Assembly: GCA_043228905.1 (NCBI GenBank)
Contig: JBHGNT010000016.1
Coordinates: forward strand, 15,066,001-15,130,000
From: Azolla caroliniana
Taxonomy: Eukaryota; Plantae; Polypodiophyta
DNA: 64,000 nucleotides
Reading direction: 5' to 3'
Part shown: positions 21,801 through 34,388 of the stretch, piece after piece
How positions within the stretch are numbered: the stretch's first letter is position 1
How the letters are laid out: each line of letters starts with the position of its first letter
Made by a program: the position numbers and the translations under genes
The notes under the pieces: model-generated
Databases searched by the model: none
Seen by the model: only the letters and a program-made list of their open reading frames with translations
What the model was told of the DNA's origin: nothing

Positions 21801-22808
21801 TACATAGTGAGGGAAAGAACATTGACAATTACTTAAATGATGTGTATAGACTTGAAGGACATTAGGAATCTGACCTTTATGGTCTGCAGCTTTAGCTTTG
21901 TTGTCGTGCTCTTTCCGTTGGAGCTTTCGACATTGATCTTTTGTATGACCCTTCTTTTTGCAGAATACACAAAAAGGATGTTGTCGCTTACAATCGCGAT
22001 CCAGGAATTCGTTGGGTGTCTTGCGTTTCCCAACAAATTGCGACTGCTTAGTCCCGGGCGCTTCGTTGGGTTTGTTATGGTCCTTCTTCGAAGTGCGTTG
22101 ATAGCGAAGAACTATTTCAACGGCCTCTTCGAAGGATTTTGGATCCTTATCGTGCACTATCCAGTGATAGTCCGAATTGGGGATGCCATTGACAAAACAA
22201 GCTATCAACCAATTGTCCCCTTCTAGACCCGATTTTTGGATTTGTGTTCTAGCATGGTGAACATAGTCTTCTAGCGAGGAAAATTTCCTGCTAGAGAGGT
22301 TCATTAAAGCTTGTGCTGCCTCGGTTCGAGAGGGAGGTTGCAGAAATTGGCCCTTAAAAACCGTGACAAAATCTGTCCAGGTATCGGGCAATTTCCCCAT
22401 AGTACGGAGGCCACGCCACCAGGCGGCGGCCTTACCCCCGAGTTCTCGACCGACATATGCAATCTTCGTACTATCTGGCGTGGGATAGAGCTCAAAATGA
22501 GACTCCCATCGTCCCAGCCATGTGCAGATTGCTTCTTCGGTTCTTTCCTTTTTGTCTCCCGTAAATGGCTTAACGACAAATGATGGTTCACCTTGTCGCT
22601 CATCAGGTCTATTAGTCTCACGTTGTAGACTAATGACACGTGCCTCAAGAGCACTCTGAGATTGCCGAAGTTCGGTCATCTGTTGAGCGGTGAAACTAAG
22701 GTATTGGGTTATTTGTGCCAAATACATCTCAGTGGACATTTGTCCAGGAGGATTCCCTTGAGTTCCTTCCGCTTGAGCGGATGACATCGGGTCGTTAATT
22801 TGAGCCAT
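18817..22808 (-). pseudogene. Chromovirus B gag-protease-RT-RNase H-integrase, disrupted
   Basis: [14 protein letters not shown]; [11 protein letters not shown]; FLDDILVY; ETDASDYA; ECHDAP..GHPG..CHQC; ISMDFI; frameshift near 20007-20012; stops at 19804-19806 and 18961-18963. Confidence 0.93.
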
Positions 22809-24497
22809 TAAAGATTATTTCTGGAAAAGAAATAGGATAAGGTCAGAGATATAGTCATAACATCATGTCGTGATGTAAACATATCATGGGCGAGCATTAA
22901 TCGATATCATTATCTCACGTCAATACCCCTCTAGACGTATGAGATAAGGTTCAAGATCAGGTTACTATGGTAACACAAAGGTGTTTTAAAAACCATGGGG
23001 GTGACAAAAAAATGTCTTTCCCTGATCTCTATATCGATTTTTTCATGGTGGCTCCCCGAGGCTCAACCATGTATGTTCGCGTCATGAATAGTTTATACAC
23101 GAAAAAAAATGTTAACAATAAACTATGTTTCGGTGCCCACATAAGTGGTTTCGGCTCTTTAAGTCCTATTACGAGGACCCCGAGGTGCACTTAGACCTTA
23201 AGTCTAATCATGTGTTATAGTCATATGTATCAAGGATGTTGTATGGTCTTGGTCATATTTGAACTCGAGACCTCGAGAACAAATACATTAAACACTTGAG
23301 CCAACCAAGTAAGTTGCTCTTCTTGAATGCTTAATGTTTGATGCGTATAAGAGATATGCGAGGCAATTGATCGTATATGTTTTTCTAAAAGAACATATAT
23401 GTCAAGGATCCTTATTTCGCCCTCATTTACCAAAACTATGTTGGTACGTTACCTAACCTCAAGTCTCGTAATTACGATGGCATACGCCAAAGTGCAACCT
23501 AATGGTGAAGCCAAATGAGCCCTTGTTTCGTAGTAGGCCCACGTGGGCCATCACATGGTCACGTCATTACGAATGCCTCTCATAAGAACGAGCTCATGGT
23601 GGCATCGTATCCATGTAACGAGGGAGGGATGTTGGATACGCGCGTCATTGGAGCGACCTCACTTGAAGTGGGTCAAGCCCTACGTACTCAACATCATTTT
23701 GGCTATTGGCGTTTCTTTACGTAACAAAATCGAGGTCGTCAACGGGGTTATCAACAATAAAAAAATGTTGAAAAAGGGATGGTGACAACGCCATTCTCAC
23801 AAAAATGTAAGGACGGCCACCAACATCCTTTTCCCGACCATGACAACTTTCGATATAATCACGTAATAATGAATATACACATATGTTTACTTATCACATA
23901 TATACGATCAAATACGTATATATGTGACCACATATGCCTATATTAAACATATCGTTATAGTAAATAGCCACAAATGATGTGATCGAGATACATAATCGAG
24001 GTATATACCTCTACGCACACGAAACATCCACAAATAAGAGATCATCGTAATACGCAATGGAGGTATTGACCTCTTACGCATACGAGACCAAACGCATATC
24101 GTTTACAACAAATCAAGGTATTAAACTCATACGCAAACGTAACATATGTTCGTGAACGTAATACGTAATTGAGGTATTAACCTCGTACGCATACGACACT
24201 CATCACATATTATTAATATGTCAACCGAGGTATTGACCTCGTGCACATATGTAAACATTTTAGATAATCAATTAAAGACCACTACAACATCATTGATTTA
24301 ATGAAAAAAATTACATATAAACTAAACACATGATTAGATGGGAGAAGAGAGAATAGAAAGAAAAATTATGGAAAGAGTTACCGAAGTTCTTTGTTGATCG
24401 TTGTCCGGATCAAGGCCAACCGCACAACGATCGATCAGCATCAATCAAAAGACAAATGAAAAACAAAGAAACATTAGTACAAAAATCTGATATCAAA

Positions 24498-24952
24498 TAT
24501 TATAGATCTTGATACTAACGTAAGCTTAAGATAAGGATAATGAAAAGATAGATAGAAAGGAGAAAGAGAAAGAAGGGTGCCGATCCACCCGACCACCCCC
24601 GAGCGAAGGGATCGAGACGGACTCGAGCCTCGATCGGCGTCCCATACCACCGCCGTGGCGTCGAGTCGTACCTGGTGCTGGCGCGCTCGCTACAAGAGTT
24701 GACCCACCACACGAGCAGAGTCTCGATGTAGTCAAAAGATGATCAAATGAGGGTAGCTAGGCCTCTTATTTATAGCGAAACCCAAGGCCCCCAGGCAAGT
24801 TCACACTTGACCTAATGGGTTGTCTCAATCCCGAGGATTAAAAGTAATCCTCCCCTTCTTTACACTCTCATTTAACCCTCACACTTATCCACGTGTATAG
24901 AATACTACGGTAAATTCTTACCACGGGATATTATATGGTCATGCCCGTAACA
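24498..24952 (-). repeat. 5' LTR of chromovirus B
   Basis: Direct repeat of 8801-9255. Confidence 0.95.
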
Positions 24953-24957
24953 GTAGT

Positions 24958-27900
24958 AGTATATCTTCTATTAGCACTGCTTTAGTACACCGGTTAGATC
25001 TCCCCACATCCACTGCTCCTTCCATCCAAGTCCTTTTTGGCGATCACCAACATCTTTACCACTGTCACACACAAGCCCATTGCACCTTCACCTTAGGCAC
25101 TATCACCTTCTCACATCACTTTTATGTCTTGCCCCACCAACTCTTCCCCCTCACCCTAGGTTGTGATTGGTTCCTCAAGCGCCGCGCTGTGATTGATTTT
25201 GATGCCCACAAACTTCTTGTCCCACATGCTTCCCCTATCCCTCTTCTACAAGATAGCTCCCCTAGCCCCCACCTTAGCCAAGTTCAGGTAGCACTTAGTC
25301 CACAAGAGCGATTGGTCTCCATCCGCCAATTATTCGCCCGTTTTCCATCACTAACCCTCCAACCCACACATGCTCCTACTATCTCTTGCCTGGTACAACA
25401 TGCCATTCGTACTGGGGAGGCCACTCCGATCCGCATGGCTACTCGCCGACGTTCCCCTCTTGACCACGATCGCATTGATGCGGCCGTCACCGACATGCTC
25501 ACCAAAGGTATTATCGTTCCTTCCACCAGCGATTGGGTTTCGGAACCCCACCTCGTCAAGAAGGATGATGGCACCTTCCGCTTTGCATCGACTTCAGGCC
25601 TCTTAACAAAGTGACTATCCATGACCTCTACCCGCTCCCTCGCGTGGACGACCTCTTGGATCAAATCGGTGGCTCCCGTTATTTCACCTCCCTGGACTTA
25701 GCCTCGGGATATTGGCAAATCCCCCTAAAACCTTCTGACGCCCACAAGACCGCATTCCGCACACGCCGCGGGCTATTCCAATTCACCCGCATGCCGTTCG
25801 GCCTGTCTGATGCTGGCAGCACATTCCAACGCATGGCCAACTCCATTTTTGCCGCCCTTATCAACAAAGGTGTCCTCCTCATTTATCTCGATGACATCCT
25901 TATCCACACGGCCACTTGGGAGGACCATCTACAAGCTCTCGCCGAAGTCCTCGCTTGCATAACTAAGCATAACTTGCAGCTCCAATGGAAGAAGTGTCGA
26001 TGGGGAAGCACTAGCCTCCGTTTTCTCGGCTTCATCATCTCTGGTGACGGAATCCGTATGGACCCTGCAAAGGTAGCAGCCATCAACGACTACCCTCGCC
26101 CCACTTCAGTCAAATCCTTGCAACGTTTTTTGTGCATGATCACCTTTTACCTTCGCTTCATGCCAAACCTTGCCTTGGTCACTTTTCCCCTTCGCCAACT
26201 CTTGAAGAAAGGCGTGTCATTCAGTTGGGATCCTGCTTGTGAAGATAGCTTTTGTCGCCTTAAAACCATGGTCAAGGAATCGGGGTTGCTCGCCCATCCT
26301 AACTTTGACCGACCGTTCACGTTGCAGACAAACGCATCAAACCAGGGGTTAGGAGACGTCCTCTTGCAAGCCGATTGCCATGGGCAAGAGAAGGCAGTCG
26401 CCTTCATTAGTCGGACTCTCACGTCGGCTGAACGCAACTACTCAACCACTGAGAAGAAGCTACTTGCGATTGTCTGGTCTTTCCAGCGTTTTCATCCATA
26501 CCTTCATGGTGGATAGGTTACGGTTGAGACCGACCACCAGCCCTTGCTTTCTCTTATCCATCGACCTCACCCCCCATGCCGCTTGTTGCAATGGATGCTG
26601 GCAGTTCAAGAGTATCAGTTTACCCTCTCCTATCGGAAAGGTGCAACCAATTTGGTCGCTGATAGTCTCTCTCGCGTCGACTGCCAGGCTGTCCAATTTC
26701 TCCATGAGACATCCGATCTTCCGATACCATTGCCACAACTCGCTACGCTTCAACAACACGACCCCGCCATCCAACAGATAATCCATCAGTTGCGCTCCCT
26801 CCAACCGTTTCCTTCACAACGACGGTTCATGCTCCGCGATAACTTGGTATTCTTCATTCAAGCGCATCACGAGCCTCGTCTCTACATCCCTCATGCCCTA
26901 CAACAAACGTATCTCCAATTTTATCACGACCACCCATTGTCGGGCCACTTGGGTTTCCACAAGGTTCTTGAAAAATTACGTCTCAAGTATTACTGGCCCA
27001 ACATAAGACACTCAGTCTCTGCCTATATCAAACAATGCGCTTTGTGTCAACACATCAAACCTAGGGGCAAGCCAGCTGGAACACTCCAACCCATCACCGT
27101 CACGTCACCTTTCGAGCTGGTCGGATGGGATTTCATGGGACCTTTTCCCGAAACCTCTAGGGGCAACAGGTATATCCTTGTCATAACAAAATACCTCACA
27201 CGATGGGCTGAAACTGTTGCCATCCCCGACGTCACTGCGCCAACAATTGCCTCCCAACTCTTGCAAAAGGTAATATTTCAACATGGTTGCCCTATCCAAA
27301 TCTTATCTGATCAGGGCCGCCAGTTCCATGGGGATGTCCTCAATGTTGTGGCAACTCAACTAGGTGTCCAACAAGTGTTTACATCCCCTTACCATCCTCA
27401 AACAAATGGCCTCACTGAACGCCTCAAGAAGACCCTCAAGCAAGAAATTGCCGCTTACATCGATCCATGCCACAAAACCTGGGATCAAATCTTGCCTTTT
27501 GTCACCCATGCCTACAATACATCCGTACAAGCGTCGACACGGATCAGCCCTTTTCGAGCACTCTATGGACGCGACCCGCGGCTCCCACCAGAAACGTCCA
27601 TTGACATCTGTTCTAAACCTGCCAACATGGATAGTGCTACTTGGGGGCTTTATCTCCAACAAATGCTCCCCCTCCATCGACAAGCCAGCTCCCGGAATCT
27701 ACAAGTCGCACAACTACGTCAAAAGCGACACTACGACGTGGGTCAAATCACCCCGACGTATGTTGATGGAACCAAAGTCCTTGTTTACTTCCCGATCTGG
27801 CGGCGTGGTCTTAGTGAATCCCTCATGCACCGGTGGATCGGCCCATTCATTGTAATTCGTGCCATCAAGTCCACGGCTTACTTACTCCGACGCAATTCCA

Positions 27901-28239
27901 ACGGTCGATTCACCTCAGCCCATGTTGCCCATATCAAGCCATATGCTACCCCAAACCTATCTTCTAGCACCCCTCCTTCTCTCATAGCGTAACACTCCTT
28001 GTTTTTCTGAGGGGGGAAATGTGGTGTCCCTTTCATGCAAGAGCATGCATTTGAACAAACCACTCTTTTAGCCACTCCCGTTTAGCACATCACCCATTTT
28101 AGCCCACCCTTTCAGCACACCATTTTGGGACACGTGTAGCTAGGCCGTCCCAAAATGGGTTCTTTGTATCTTCTATATATTGAATGATAAGTATGAAGCT
28201 AGCTAAGCTGGTTTGGTTTCCTTTTATGTGCATTTCACA
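24958..28239 (+). mobile_element. Ty3/gypsy element A: protease (continued), RT, RNase H, integrase, PPT and probable 3' LTR
   Basis: LGCDW; YPLPRVDDLL; YLDDILI; HDHPLSGHLG..CALC; YHPQTNG; WIGPF; frameshift ~25590 and stop 26514-26516; PPT GAGGGGGGAAA 28009-28019; putative LTR TGTG...CACA 28020-28239. Confidence 0.88.
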
Positions 28240-29415
28240 ATATCATATCTTTGTTTCCATTACCTTGATATTCTTTCAATTAATTTACAAAGATTTGTAT
28301 TAAAACAATTTACCCACTGAAATACTTGAATTTATTGGAAGCATATTAATGGTTACATCTAAATTTAGGCCATCGAAACATTTTGCCTCACACTAAACAT
28401 TTGATTACACATGTATTAAGAGATTTGAGAGGATTAACCTATCAAACAAACCTTTCTTATTCACACCTTTTGTTTTTTTGTCCTAACTAGGTGTTATAAT
28501 GTGTAGATGTAGAATCTAAAACAATTAATACTTTCTTTCATAATCCTATCAAGATAAGAGTCCAATACAAACGATATGTGTTGAGCTATGCTTCAAATGT
28601 TTGCTCATATGAATTGAAGAAGTATGCCGGGGAATGTGGCGTCTAGGGTAAATAACTTTGACATTTTTGCTTATCATCACAACTTGGGAACTAATCTAAA
28701 TGGAGTCCAAATTCTAAGGGAACTAAACCAAGATATAACACATGTCATGTCTTGATTAGAATCATTCTTTATGATTTAATTAAGGCTCATTCACATGGAC
28801 AAACACAATTCATTCTATCCTTTGAATGGACTCAGTGTTGTCTTGTATATAGCGGTAGCATCCATTTGAGCCATCGAAAGGCATTTCCTATTTGAAGTTT
28901 GTTGGCTCCATGAAAAGCATATTGCTTATGAGTTGGAGGGTTTATGGGTGAGAGATCTAATTCGAGATTGATCTTGATTGGTGTATATGGCATTTCTTTA
29001 TCATTCCAACAAAAATAGGGAATTAAGATAGCAATTGGGAATTTCAATCTTCTCATGTTTTGACAAATGGATGCATATCTCATGTTCTTAGATGTTGAAA
29101 ACCCTAATTTTACAAAAAAGCTTACTTTTTGTAGGGGAGTTGGCAACTTATGGGTTTGAGTATGTTCCACAATAAAATTCTAGCATTGGCATCAAAAGGT
29201 GAAGTGGGTTTGAAAGGAAACATAACTATGAACTCAAAGTCTCTTGATAATTACTTAATATTATTAACTTAATTTAGTAGAAAATAGGAAGGCCTTTTGA
29301 CAAGTTTGTGTGTGGAAGGTAGACGGATAATGGTTCCCTCTCAACAAATTGGTCAACCTCAACTTCAAATATACAGATAGTTTCTTCATAGTGGATTGTC
29401 TTTGTGGGCTATGTT

Positions 29416-29604
29416 TGTTGTAGGTTTTAGGGTTAGGGTTAAGGACAATGATAATCATGATAAAGATAGACATGGTGGTTATGATGATGATGGAGAGTAT
29501 GGGATTGATGGTGAGAGAGATCATGTGCATTGACAAGCATTGCGGGGTGGGGGGTGGTGCCTAGAATGGCTCCACCCCCCTCCCAAGGGGATTCAATGTT
29601 GAGG

Positions 29605-29639
<35 letters not shown>

Positions 29640-32387
29640 AAAGAGATAGAGAGAAATGTTCATTCATTCATTCATTCATTCCCCATAGAGGGGTTAAATA
29701 ATACAAGAGGGGGTAGATACAAAGGGGTGTAAGCCCCCTAGAGCATTCATATTGGACACTCACTCACACCTCATCGTATCCCTCCACATGCACACACGTG
29801 TGCATGTGTTCACATACATATCGACTCACAATTACATTTATGTTCCCTACACATATACAACATCATCATGATAATATTCGACCCTCACTCATCACACTTG
29901 ACTCTCCGTACAGCTCGTACGGGGTAACACAATATGGCACGCCCGTGGGAAAGTGCCTTGCACGTCGATCCCACATCCCTTGATGATGATATCTCTTCGA
30001 CCGGAACTTCCATCGGTCCTTTCAACGATCGACTCCCTCGATCGGAGCGCTTGACTCGATCATCTCCATCGGTCAGCGACTTTTCCGCAACACGAACATT
30101 CTCGTTCTGTCGACTTATGATATTTGGTAACATCAATGATCGACTCCCTTGATTGGAGCGCTTGACTCGAACATCTCCGTCGGTCAACGACTCTTCTGCG
30201 ACACAAACATTCCCATTCTGTCGGTTCACGAACTTCGGTAACATCATTTGGGTCGTCAAAAAAACGTTGTATGTATGTGTGTTCCTTTTGTTGATTTTGT
30301 AAGTTGTGTGTCGATCACGTCCATTTCTTTTAGGTTCATGAGTTTTCGACATTTCGTAGGTGCCCTTTGATTTTTTTAAATTTTGACAATGCCATCATGT
30401 TTTTCGAAATTCTTCGAATGCCCTTAGGTTTTCAAAACTCCTCGAATGCCCCTTATCATTCTCTTTTTCCCTCTTTTTTCTTTTCTTGTTTCCTTCTTTT
30501 TCTCTTGCTTCTGTCGTTTCCCTCCTTTCTATCTGTCTGGCTGACTGTCTTCTTCGATTCCTTCCTTCTTCTTCTTCTTGATTTCTTCTTCTTCAACGTC
30601 TCTTTCTTTGTGTTCTCTAGTATTCTTCTCTTGCGTGCTTCCTTCTTCCATCTTCTTGGTGTTAAACTCTGCTTCTTCTCCTTCTTCTGACATTCTTTTC
30701 CTCTTCTTCCTCATTTGGTTCTTCTTGTTTTCTTCTGTAGTTCTTCTTCCGTTCCTTTCCAGAATTTGTCTTTTTCTGCATTTCTCGTTTCTTTCCATTT
30801 TCTGGTCTGTTCCTTGTCTTCTATACTCTGCACTTTCTTGTCTGTGTGTTCTAGTTCCTTCTTCTATGTCATTTCGCGTCGTTTCTTCCTGTTGTCCGTC
30901 GTTGTCATCGTCTCTGTCGCTTTTAGGTGTCGATGTCCCATCGTCTGGCCATTGTCGTTGCCCTGGCTGTGCATTTCGGCCGTAGTCTCCGTTGCTCTTC
31001 GTCTCTGTCCGGCCATCGTCCCGCTGTCTTCGTCGTTGTCCGGCTGCGTCCGGACCGGCCTCCTCTGTTTCAGCGCCGTTCGGCCACTACGACCGCTCTT
31101 AGGTCGCTCTCCGGCCTCTCCTCCGTCTCAGTCGGTGCACGGTCGTCGTCATCATCTTCCGACCGTGCGTTTGGTTCGTTGTCTCGGCCGTCTGTCTGTT
31201 TCTCCGGCCTTGTCTTGCCCTCAGTCGCACCGACTGCTCCATCCATTGTCCAGCTATTCGGCCGGTTTCCGAACATTCCGGTCAATCCTTCCACTCTTCG
31301 GCCGATGTTTGGCTGTCGTTCCGTATTTGTCCGGCCCTGTCCACCGACTCCATCTCCATCTCGAGTTGTCTCTACCCGTCCTTCTCTCTCTATCCGGTCA
31401 TTTTGTGTCGCCGACTCCGTTATTGTCTCTATTGGTTTCCGTCCGTCTCCATTCCTGTCTCCATCTCTATCGCTTCGTCTGTTGTTGTGTGTGTCTGTCC
31501 GGCCCCGCCGTTGTTGTCGGTTGTCGTTGATGTCTGACGGTTGTCTCGTCCATCACTTTTCAGTGTCACTGTCGTTGTTTCGGTCATCTACTCCGGCTGC
31601 TTCGGTGCTAACCAACTCTGGTTCTAGTTCCGACTCTCTCCGCGATGCTTCTTTTGGACACTGTGAACACTTCCGATTCCGGTCCCGTGCATTCTCAGCA
31701 CATCCTGCCAGTCTCCGCTCCACACACTGCGTCTTCCTCCGCAGTCTCCTGGTGAGCATCTCTTTCCGATAGTGCTGGCACCGGCTCCCTTGTAATCGGA
31801 GTTTTTTTTGTCGATTCTTGCTCCATTCTCCGTCTGGCCGTCTTTCTAGTTACTTGTCTCCGTCTTTCTGGTGTTCTCTCGCACCATGCTTTCTTGCACA
31901 CACACATTGCTAACTGCAAATTTGCACATATGTTGTAGCCATTCTCACACACTCACAATGCGGTCGTACATTTTTGGCAACATTTCTCGGACATTTATGA
32001 CAAAAATAGACCAAATAAAACACACATATATAGAGATTAATTTGTTGTAGAATTGTATGGCAATCAATCTTCCATTTCCGATTTCTTTCGCACATAATCG
32101 TAGCGTTTTGCTGCATTTCATTGTTGTCATGTCTCTGTTGCGTATTAGTCTTCGACTTCATCTCCAAAAGGGGGTCGCCCATCGTGGTCGCCAAATGGTG
32201 TTGTAGGTTTTAGGGTTAGGGTTAAGGACGATGATAATCATGATAAAGATAGACATGGTGGTTATGATGATGATGGAGAGTATGGGATTGATGGTGAGAG
32301 AGATCATGTGCATTGACAAGCATTGCGGGGTGGGGGGTGGTGCCTAGAATGGCTCCACCCCCCTCCCAAGGGGATTCAACGTTGAGG

Positions 32388-32422
<35 letters not shown>

Positions 32423-32712
32423 AAAGAGATAGAGAGAAATGTTCATTCATTCATTCATTCATTCCCCATAAAGGGGTTAAATAATACAAGAGGGGGTAGA
32501 TACAAAGGGGTGTAAGCCCCCTAGAGCATTCATATTGGACACTCACTCACACCTCATCGTATCCCTCCACATGCACACACGTGTGCATGTGTTCACATAC
32601 ATATCGACTCACAATTACATTTATGTTCCCTACACATATACAACATCATCATGATAATATTCGACCCTCACTCATCACACTTGACTCTCCGTACAACTCG
32701 TACGGGGTAACA
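29416..32712 (-). mobile_element. Non-autonomous LTR retroelement without recognisable pol
   Basis: 514-bp LTRs 29416-29929 and 32199-32712 (~4 transitions); 5-bp TSD ATGTT at 29411-29415 and 32713-32717; minus-strand PBS TGGCGACCACGATGGG 5 nt inside the right LTR; 2.27-kb low-complexity interior. Confidence 0.9.
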
Positions 32713-33847
32713 ATGTTTATCTTTTGGTGAAATGAGCTAGAAAGACACGTTGATGGTTAGATAACAATATATATCTAATTTTGACATATGGATCACTAAA
32801 CAACATTGACCTTTGGTCATTATAGGATGAATCTCATATTGCGTCCTTGATAGCATCACATTACTGCAAGAAGAAACAATTGTTATATGGTTACTACACA
32901 TGTTCCTAAATTTACAAATTGGCCAAGTTGAATTATCAAAGGTGTGGATACCATAAGGTGTTAAAATGACTATAACACATACTCATAGAAAATGAAATAT
33001 TAGTTATTGTTTATATTGGATAATCTAATTCCATGATCCTTCACTTACAAACAATGCCTTTATTATAAAGCATACAATCTGATGCACATGTTGCAAAAGC
33101 TAGAGACCAGTTAGGAGACTTGAAGGGTAAATGAGAAAATTGTAGTTTTGGCAAAATATCATACTGAAACTTTTTGTATCCATACTTACTTCACTAATAT
33201 CCATAGACATTTAGTTGCTAGGTCATTTTCAATATACATGCACCTATTGCATATGACCTTAGCTTCTACAAAATATAACTTATATTTTTCCAACTATTTA
33301 TCAAACGAAATTGCACATCTCATGCATGATTCCCACGCATTCCTTAAAGGACGCATAAGATTTCAAGAACTATCGAGGATGACAATATCAGTGACAAGAC
33401 TAGGCATGTCTTTTTGCTTGTCTAGTCGATCATGGAAAATTATTTCACGGGGTATCCAGATCTTAAAATTATAATATGGATTTCGTTTTATATTCTCAAT
33501 ATTCAATTAGGGTCTACCATTCTTAAAACCCCACACTTGGATGACTTGGGGATTGATATGTCTTGTGGGTCTTGTTTGTCCCCCTTGTGTATGATAGGAT
33601 ATACCTCATCATTATCATTATATCTCTCTCTCATTATTAGCTTGGTTGTTTACACCACTGTATCAAAGGTTTCATACACACCCTGGGTTGGTGTCCCCTA
33701 CACTTCGTCGTCTTAGATGTTGTAATTTTGTTATAAACTTCAATGAGTACCAGTGTCATAGATACAATGGGCTATGCCCATGTCCCATATGTCGCATACA
33801 TTGTTTCGGGGCCTCCAACCTAGAAGTTGTATTCAATCCCTTACGGA

Positions 33848-34388
33848 TAACAATCGGCAACGGTTCGGTTTGAACCGAACCGAACTGCGAAACCGCGGCT
33901 TAGCAACTTAATAGTTTCAACGGTTCGGTTCGGTTTTAGGTTCAGGTTTAAAAAAATGGTTTGGTTCGGTTTCAACAGTCAGAAACCACGGTTTAAACAG
34001 TTAAACGGTTAAACGGTTTTTTATTTTTTATTTTTTTTTATAAAATTAAAAAAAAAATTGTTTTAAAACTATCTTTTCATTTTTATACCGTCTTTAAAAT
34101 TTAGGAACATCTTTAAATTTTTAAAAATTTAAAATAATGAAATATTGTAAATTTAAAATTTAAAATAATGAAATATTGTAAATTTAAAATTTAAAATTTG
34201 AGCTAAGTTGAAAACTGAAACCAAACCACAAAACCGCGGCTTTTACGGTTTGAATTTTTTTTAATGGTTTCGTGGTTTGGTTCGGTTTGGTTCAGGTTTC
34301 AAAAATTTTAAACAGTTCAGTTCCAAACCAGTTCGGTTTAGACCCTCTGAAACTGAACCAAACTAAATCGAACCATTGCCGATTGTTA
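33848..34388. mobile_element. hAT-type MITE
   Basis: TIRs TAACAATCGGCAA(C/T)GGTTCG; 8-bp TSD CTTACGGA / CTTATGGA (1 mismatch); AACCG/CGGTT-rich subterminal repeats; AT-rich core. Confidence 0.85.

Larger units (their letters stand above)
8801..24952 (-). mobile_element. Ty3/gypsy chromovirus (element B), full length, carrying a 9-kb DNA transposon
   Basis: 455-bp LTRs 24498-24952 (5') and 8801-9255/9304 (3') with one substitution seen; 5-bp TSD GTAGT at 8796-8800 and 24953-24957; PPT GAGGGGGAGTA 9305-9315 (minus); degenerate Met PBS TGATATCAGA ~24486-24495; gag-pol with chromodomain. Confidence 0.95.

Noticed and set aside
29421-29444. Telomere or interstitial telomeric array
   Set aside because: Only about three degenerate units, duplicated as part of an LTR
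30367-31772. Long overlapping plus-strand ORFs (271 aa, 281 aa and others)
   Set aside because: Explained by A-poor low-complexity composition that suppresses stop codons; no domain motifs
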